NCBI GenBank assembly: GCA_946496065.1
Contig: CAMMFF010000002.1
Span: forward strand, 35,916 to 99,915
DNA: 64,000 bases
Direction of reading: 5' to 3'
Origin: an uncultured Clostridia bacterium
GTDB lineage: Bacteria > Bacillota > Clostridia > Christensenellales > UBA1242
The notes beneath the pieces were generated by a model. It did not search any database and had not been told where the DNA came from. It was given only the letters and a program-made list of their open reading frames with translations. The translations under genes and the position numbers were made by a program. Of the stretch, positions 59,238-64,000 are shown piece by piece. How positions within the stretch are numbered: position 1 is the first letter of the stretch; each line of letters opens with the position of its first letter.

Positions 59238-59702
59238 TTAATATCCTGTCAATATCATCGGAAAACCCACAACAATATTTCCATCAGCCACAGCAACTTG
59301 CATATTCACTTTTTTCCCATCCAAATAAACACAAGTTTGACAATAAGGAGTGTAACCACAATAAACAGTCAAATCTTCAATTTGAGAAGTGGAAACAATT
59401 TGACATTTTGTTTGCTTAAAAAGTTTGTCAACGTCATTTCCATTTAAGTAGAACTGAACAGCATCAGAATTATTGTTTAAGTTCTCCAAATTTTGCTTTG
59501 CGACATCAAGCGTGCAAAAATTGAAAAACTTGTCCCCACACGCAACCGATTCAACATCATCAATCTCTTGAAAATCGGATGCAGAAACAAAACAAACTTT
59601 TTCCACATTTTCAAGGCTATAAATCGGATTTGTTTCATTTTTTACCAGCAAAGTTGAGCACAAACAAGTCAAAATTAAGATAAAAACCAAAATTTTCTTC
59701 AT
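59238..59702 (-). CDS. Secreted Cys-rich protein, possibly YwmB-family
   Basis: Signal peptide. The C-terminus VNMQVAVADGNIVVGFPMILTGY resembles the YwmB-family ending (N.Q.A.....iGtPiIt.EY) from memory only. Confidence 0.35.
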   Translation of the reverse strand: MKKILVFILILTCLCSTLLVKNETNPIYSLENVEKVCFVSASDFQEIDDVESVACGDKFFNFCTLDVAKQNLENLNNNSDAVQFYLNGNDVDKLFKQTKCQIVSTSQIEDLTVYCGYTPYCQTCVYLDGKKVNMQVAVADGNIVVGFPMILTGY

Positions 59703-59785
59703 AATATATCTATTCCCACTTCATAAAAACTTAAACAAAAAAAGAAGTGCAAAAATCGCACTTCTTTCATATACTTGGATTAAAA

Positions 59786-60136
59786 TTATTTCACCAACAG
59801 ATAAATCAAAATTCCCAATGCCCCAAGCGAAACAATAAAACCTAACCAATAAAGAAAAGTTTTCATTCCACCGCTGGCTTTATGCTTAACCTTCTCTGCT
59901 TTTTCTGGTTTTTCCTTTTTCTTTTTTGTTTCAACCTTTTCTTGCTCAACATTTTCTGTCACTTTTTGCACATCGGAAACAGATTTCCCCGGTATTTCAA
60001 CGGTTTCAAAATTTGCATTCTCCACAGGTTTTTCTGCCACATTATTCTCATTTTTTGCTGGGGGAGGTGGCGGTGGTGGTGGCATATTTTTCAATTCTTT
60101 AGGTGGTGGTGGCATAACAATTTTCTTTTCTTCCAT
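59786..60136 (-). CDS. Proline-rich tail-anchored membrane protein
   Basis: 116 aa. PPPP and PPPPPPPP runs, a Lys/Glu-rich middle, and a single C-terminal TM (FLYWLGFIVSLGALGILIYLLV). Confidence 0.55.
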   Translation of the reverse strand: MEEKKIVMPPPPKELKNMPPPPPPPPAKNENNVAEKPVENANFETVEIPGKSVSDVQKVTENVEQEKVETKKKKEKPEKAEKVKHKASGGMKTFLYWLGFIVSLGALGILIYLLVK

Positions 60137-60196
60137 TTAAAACTCCTTGACCTACCATTATTTTATCTTATAACTACCAAAAAAGTCCAACAAATT

Positions 60197-60739
60197 TCAA
60201 TATTGTTGAACATTTTCCCAAATATTTTGATCATCGAACTTTGTTTCCAATGTTTCCACCACAAAAGTTAAGATATATTTTTCTTTACTCACAAAATCTG
60301 CATCTTTTGGCAAAACAAGATAGGTGCAAAATGTAATTTTATTTCCCCCATGCAACACATCATCATAATAATAATATCCATCTTCATATTTTTCAAAATG
60401 CTCACTTGTCACAAAGTCGAATTCGGTATCGCTGACAACTCCAAAAATTTTAGCTTTAACCCTCACCCTAACATCAGAATTTAGGTCTTGTGCATTTATT
60501 TGAATCACCTGCGGAATCGTCTCCCCAGGCAAAAATGAACCATCAAATGTAAATGACGCCACACTTGCCTGATTTGGATTGACTCCAATAGAAAACGAAT
60601 CTCCAACAGTTAGATCTGAATCTGAATTTAAGTATGATATTGAATAATAATAGCCACTTGCCCCCAAAATCAATGACAAAATCAACAAAAAAGACAGAAC
60701 AATAACTGCAAAAATCCAACCTACATTACTTTTCTTCAT
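60197..60739 (-). CDS. Secreted/anchored beta-sandwich-like protein, possibly TasA/camelysin-like (SipW-type signal)
   Basis: N-terminal TM/signal ending LILGASGYYYSISYLNSD (compare the ...GTYAYFSD pattern), then FLPGETIPQVIQINAQ. Weak, memory-based call. Confidence 0.3.
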   Translation of the reverse strand: MKKSNVGWIFAVIVLSFLLILSLILGASGYYYSISYLNSDSDLTVGDSFSIGVNPNQASVASFTFDGSFLPGETIPQVIQINAQDLNSDVRVRVKAKIFGVVSDTEFDFVTSEHFEKYEDGYYYYDDVLHGGNKITFCTYLVLPKDADFVSKEKYILTFVVETLETKFDDQNIWENVQQY

Positions 60740-60777
60740 GATAATAGTTTAAACTTTGCTTTTATTATTATTCTGTC

Positions 60778-62142
60778 CTAGATGTCTTTTTTCAGTTTTT
60801 TTCTTCGTTTATTGCGTTCTTGTCTGAAATTTTCTATTTGTACTCTTCTGAATTCTTGACTCTCTTCTTGAAGTGCAAATTTCTTTTTAACCCAGCGATA
60901 TTTTCGATTTCCATAAATTGTGTCATAAGATATCACTCCAATTCCCATAAGCAAATCAATGTAGAATGAACAAAATCTCCAAAGAAGCAATGCCCAGAAT
61001 GTGTAACCACCCAAATAATCATTAAACAATGCCGCAAATGTGATTTCATTCATACCACTTCCACCAGGAAGAGGAATGAAACTTGCCGCCAAGTCAATCA
61101 AAGCCGCATAAATAAAGAAGTCACCATAATTTCCAATGGCACCACCCTGATAAGGAAATGCCAAATAGATGAAATAAGGAATTGAGAACAAGAAAACAAA
61201 TCTAATGGTGTGCAATGCCAACTGCAGAAGGACATCCCATTTTGCCTTGCTATATTCCTTAATGATGTTTTGATAATCGGTAACAAAATTCATTACCTTA
61301 TCGTAATATTTATCATAGTCCTTCAAAATGTGCATTTTGACAAGCAGTTTCAATCCCCAGGACACAAGTTTTTGCCCCAATTTTTTCGAAACAGAAACAA
61401 AAACAATAAATGCAACTGCGACAAATGCCAAAATAAAACCTATGATACTTGCAACAGAAACAAATGTTTGAGAACTTCCATTAACAAACGACAAAACAAG
61501 GCACACAAAAGTAACAATCAGCCATGCAATTTGCTGAAAAACCAATTTTGCCATTGGAACCGAAAGAGAAGTCGACGCTGGCACATCTCTTGCATTAAGA
61601 TACGTCGCCATAAAACCCTGACCACCACCCGACATAGGAATGATAGCATCATAATATCTCAAAATTCCAAGCGATTTAAAAGATAAGAACCATCTTGAAC
61701 GCAATGTTTTTCTGTATATCATTCTGTGAATAGCAATAACATCGACAATAATGATTCCAGCCAAAAACACCAATGCGATGAAGATATAAAGAAAATCTAC
61801 ATCTTTCAGTCTTAAAGGAGTAAAGTCCTCTGTTGTGAAGATGTTCCAAATCAAGATTCCAACAACAAGAACAATGTTGAAAACAAAATAAAAAATGTTT
61901 AATATTTTCTTTTTCTTTGCCTTAGATTTGTCATTGATTTCTTTGTTTGCTTCTTCAATCTTCTCTTCAACTTTTTTATTTTCTTCTTCTGAAAGCTCTT
62001 CTTTTTTCAGTCTTTCAATTTGCTTATTTCTGTATTTTGTTTTTACGCGTGAAAAAAAATTCTGCTTCTTTTTTTGCCCTGTCATTTCAGCAGACTGCAA
62101 TTCTTCATCATTTTTTATTGGCTGTTTTTCCACATTACTCAT
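60778..62142 (-). CDS. UPF0104 / lysyl-PG-synthase-TM-like (flippase-like) integral membrane protein with Lys/Glu-rich N- and C-terminal tails
   Basis: 454 aa, multi-pass. Conserved PLPGGSGMNEITF motif typical of the family. Confidence 0.65.
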   Translation of the reverse strand: MSNVEKQPIKNDEELQSAEMTGQKKKQNFFSRVKTKYRNKQIERLKKEELSEEENKKVEEKIEEANKEINDKSKAKKKKILNIFYFVFNIVLVVGILIWNIFTTEDFTPLRLKDVDFLYIFIALVFLAGIIIVDVIAIHRMIYRKTLRSRWFLSFKSLGILRYYDAIIPMSGGGQGFMATYLNARDVPASTSLSVPMAKLVFQQIAWLIVTFVCLVLSFVNGSSQTFVSVASIIGFILAFVAVAFIVFVSVSKKLGQKLVSWGLKLLVKMHILKDYDKYYDKVMNFVTDYQNIIKEYSKAKWDVLLQLALHTIRFVFLFSIPYFIYLAFPYQGGAIGNYGDFFIYAALIDLAASFIPLPGGSGMNEITFAALFNDYLGGYTFWALLLWRFCSFYIDLLMGIGVISYDTIYGNRKYRWVKKKFALQEESQEFRRVQIENFRQERNKRRKKLKKDI

Positions 62143-62208
62143 TATATTTGCATTTTATCAAAAATAAACAACCCTTGTCAATTTAAACAAGAGTTGTTAT
62201 AGATTTTA

Positions 62209-64000
62209 TCAATATAAATCTTTCATATTATTTTCAATCGCTTCAATTTTTGTTGTTAATGAAGATCTAAGATAGTTCATATTCATGTTTTGGAAAATTG
62301 CAAAGTTATCTGTTGTAAGTTGTTCATAAATCTTGTCAAACAATGTCTTTTCTGAGAATATGTTCAATCTTGTTGATGCCAAAGCTCTGATGTTTTCTTG
62401 ATTTTTTGAAGCATCAAAATTTGCTGTTATTCCACTGAAAACATTCTTAATTTCGCCTGCATAGAAGAACATATAAAGTCCATCTTCTGCTCTAACAAAT
62501 TCAGTTGTGTCGCCTATTTTTGCTTCGTTGTTGTTATAAAGTTCCAAAATCACATCCAAAACATCTTCATTTCCACTGAATGTATCATTTGCCAAAACTT
62601 CATTTGAAGAATTAACACCAAAAACTGCATTATATTCAGCACCTTTCAATGTGTCATCATCATTATAAAGATAAAGGTATGGTCTGAAGGCATCAGCTTT
62701 GTCATAAGAAATTTGTTTGTTATATTCAGCAACATAAGTTTCCAAAGTTTTCCCTTCGGCTTCTGCTTCAGCAATTTGTTCTTCTGTCAAGTCAGAAACT
62801 GAAATATATTTGTATTTTGCAACATCTTGATTAATTTTGTTAAGCAAATTTTGTGCAGAAATTGTCTGATTAGTTTCTTCACCAGTTTCAGCATCTCTAA
62901 TTGTTGCACTAATGCTGTTGTACAAAACATCAAGTCTTTCTTTATATTCATTCAAACCAATTGATTGATTTTCCAAAGCAGTTTGAAGATTTGTGTATTC
63001 ATTCTTCTGTGCATCTGTCATTTCAAGTTTGATGTACGCAACATAGAAATAATTCGATGCCCCTTCGCCTTCCAAAATGTAATCAACACTTCCAACATCA
63101 GAAAGCATTGTGCTTGCATAGGTTTCCGTGTCTCCACCCAATTCATATGTTGCATAATCTGCTCTTACCTTTGCAGAATAATATGACAACACGTTTTCTA
63201 CAGTCACATTTGAAATATCTGCATCTTGATGAGATTGTCTGTTGTAGATAACTTCATATTTCTCAACAATATAGTTGTCTCTGATGATGCTGTGAACTCT
63301 GTCCATTTCAAACATGAACCATTCTTTGTCTGTTTTAAATTCTTTGTACCCATAATTGTCTTTAATGTCTGCAAGATAGTTGTTGAAAGCACTTCTCCAA
63401 TTTCTTGCACTTGTTGAATTGTCAGCTTCGGTCAAAGAATAAAGTTTGTTGTACATTGCTTCTTTGAAAACATAATTTCCTTCAGCATCTTTGTATTCAT
63501 AATCACAATAAACACCATCAGCATTTTGTCTGCCGTCATACGTTGCTCTGATAGTTGAAGCTGGAGTTGTTTTCTTGATTACATACTTTCCATTTGAACT
63601 TTTTTCAAGATAACCAGATTTCGCATAAGGTGTATAAACTGACGAATTTGAGTCTGAATTGGTCTCACTATCTTCCGGAGAAGAAATATCCAAAACTTCA
63701 TTCAAATATTCCTTCAAGTTTGAATACAATGCACTATAAGTTTCGTCCCAAATGTAAGTGGTTTCATTTCCGTTCAACATTTCGCCTTCGCTTGGGTTGG
63801 CTTCGTAATATTCCTCAACAGCCTTGATTGTCAAACGGTTGTCAACAATGGTTTCCAATGTTTGCTTAACTGCTTGTTCCATTGTGTATCCATAGTTGTC
63901 AACATAATTGTATCCATAACTGTTGTAAGCAGAAATCAAATCTCTTTTTGTGATGTTTTCTTTCTCCCCATCAGTGTATGTTATTGTTGCGACAACTGCT
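62209..64000 (-). CDS. Large hypothetical protein (over 596 aa, N-terminus beyond window end)
   Basis: The ORF stays open to position 64000. The track 'M' at 63939 is a TTG, and the upstream in-frame sequence reads AVVATITYTDGEKENITKRDL. I recognise no motif. Confidence 0.6.
   Translation of the reverse strand, partial: AVVATITYTDGEKENITKRDLISAYNSYGYNYVDNYGYTMEQAVKQTLETIVDNRLTIKAVEEYYEANPSEGEMLNGNETTYIWDETYSALYSNLKEYLNEVLDISSPEDSETNSDSNSSVYTPYAKSGYLEKSSNGKYVIKKTTPASTIRATYDGRQNADGVYCDYEYKDAEGNYVFKEAMYNKLYSLTEADNSTSARNWRSAFNNYLADIKDNYGYKEFKTDKEWFMFEMDRVHSIIRDNYIVEKYEVIYNRQSHQDADISNVTVENVLSYYSAKVRADYATYELGGDTETYASTMLSDVGSVDYILEGEGASNYFYVAYIKLEMTDAQKNEYTNLQTALENQSIGLNEYKERLDVLYNSISATIRDAETGEETNQTISAQNLLNKINQDVAKYKYISVSDLTEEQIAEAEAEGKTLETYVAEYNKQISYDKADAFRPYLYLYNDDDTLKGAEYNAVFGVNSSNEVLANDTFSGNEDVLDVILELYNNNEAKIGDTTEFVRAEDGLYMFFYAGEIKNVFSGITANFDASKNQENIRALASTRLNIFSEKTLFDKIYEQLTTDNFAIFQNMNMNYLRSSLTTKIEAIENNMKDLY

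Overview
AT-rich chromosomal segment that looks Firmicutes/Clostridia-like. It uses the standard genetic code: gatC stops with TGA and Trp is TGG. A SpoIIID orthologue and sporulation-linked neighbours are present. I call 30 protein genes, 26 of them on the minus strand. Sense strands are purine-rich, which produces many long antisense shadow ORFs in the track. Housekeeping genes: aspS (archaeal type)-gatC-gatA, rpoB-rpoC, hflX, fba, uvrB, uvrA, acpP. These are interleaved with two intact giant lipoprotein genes of 3,563 aa (11349..22040) and about 6,677 aa (37523..57556). Together they cover 30.7 kb, about 48% of the window. Both have a lipobox signal peptide, Ig-like N-terminal domains and many GLUG-type (GG[IL][AV]G...N) beta-helix repeat modules. 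The smaller giant gene lies 50 bp downstream of a PrgI/VirB3-VirB4 fusion ATPase, with no terminator between them and no other T4SS or ICE gene in the window. The larger one is followed 20 bp later by a RadC-like JAB gene, whose paralogue sits 7 kb away in inverted orientation. The most interesting regulatory signal is a 28-codon leader ORF with nine consecutive Asn codons followed by an intrinsic terminator, upstream of the aspS-gatCA (Asn-tRNA transamidation) operon. This is a candidate Asn-sensing attenuator. Other observations: a terminator-like hairpin in the rpoB leader, probable leaderless or SD-less starts (HAD hydrolase, uvrB), a divergent pair of membrane-anchored paralogues, an ankyrin-repeat protein, and shared AT-rich upstream elements in front of both giant transcription units. 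I saw no rRNA, tRNA, CRISPR array, transposase or integrase. All homology calls come from reading the translations and remembered family motifs. No database search was run.
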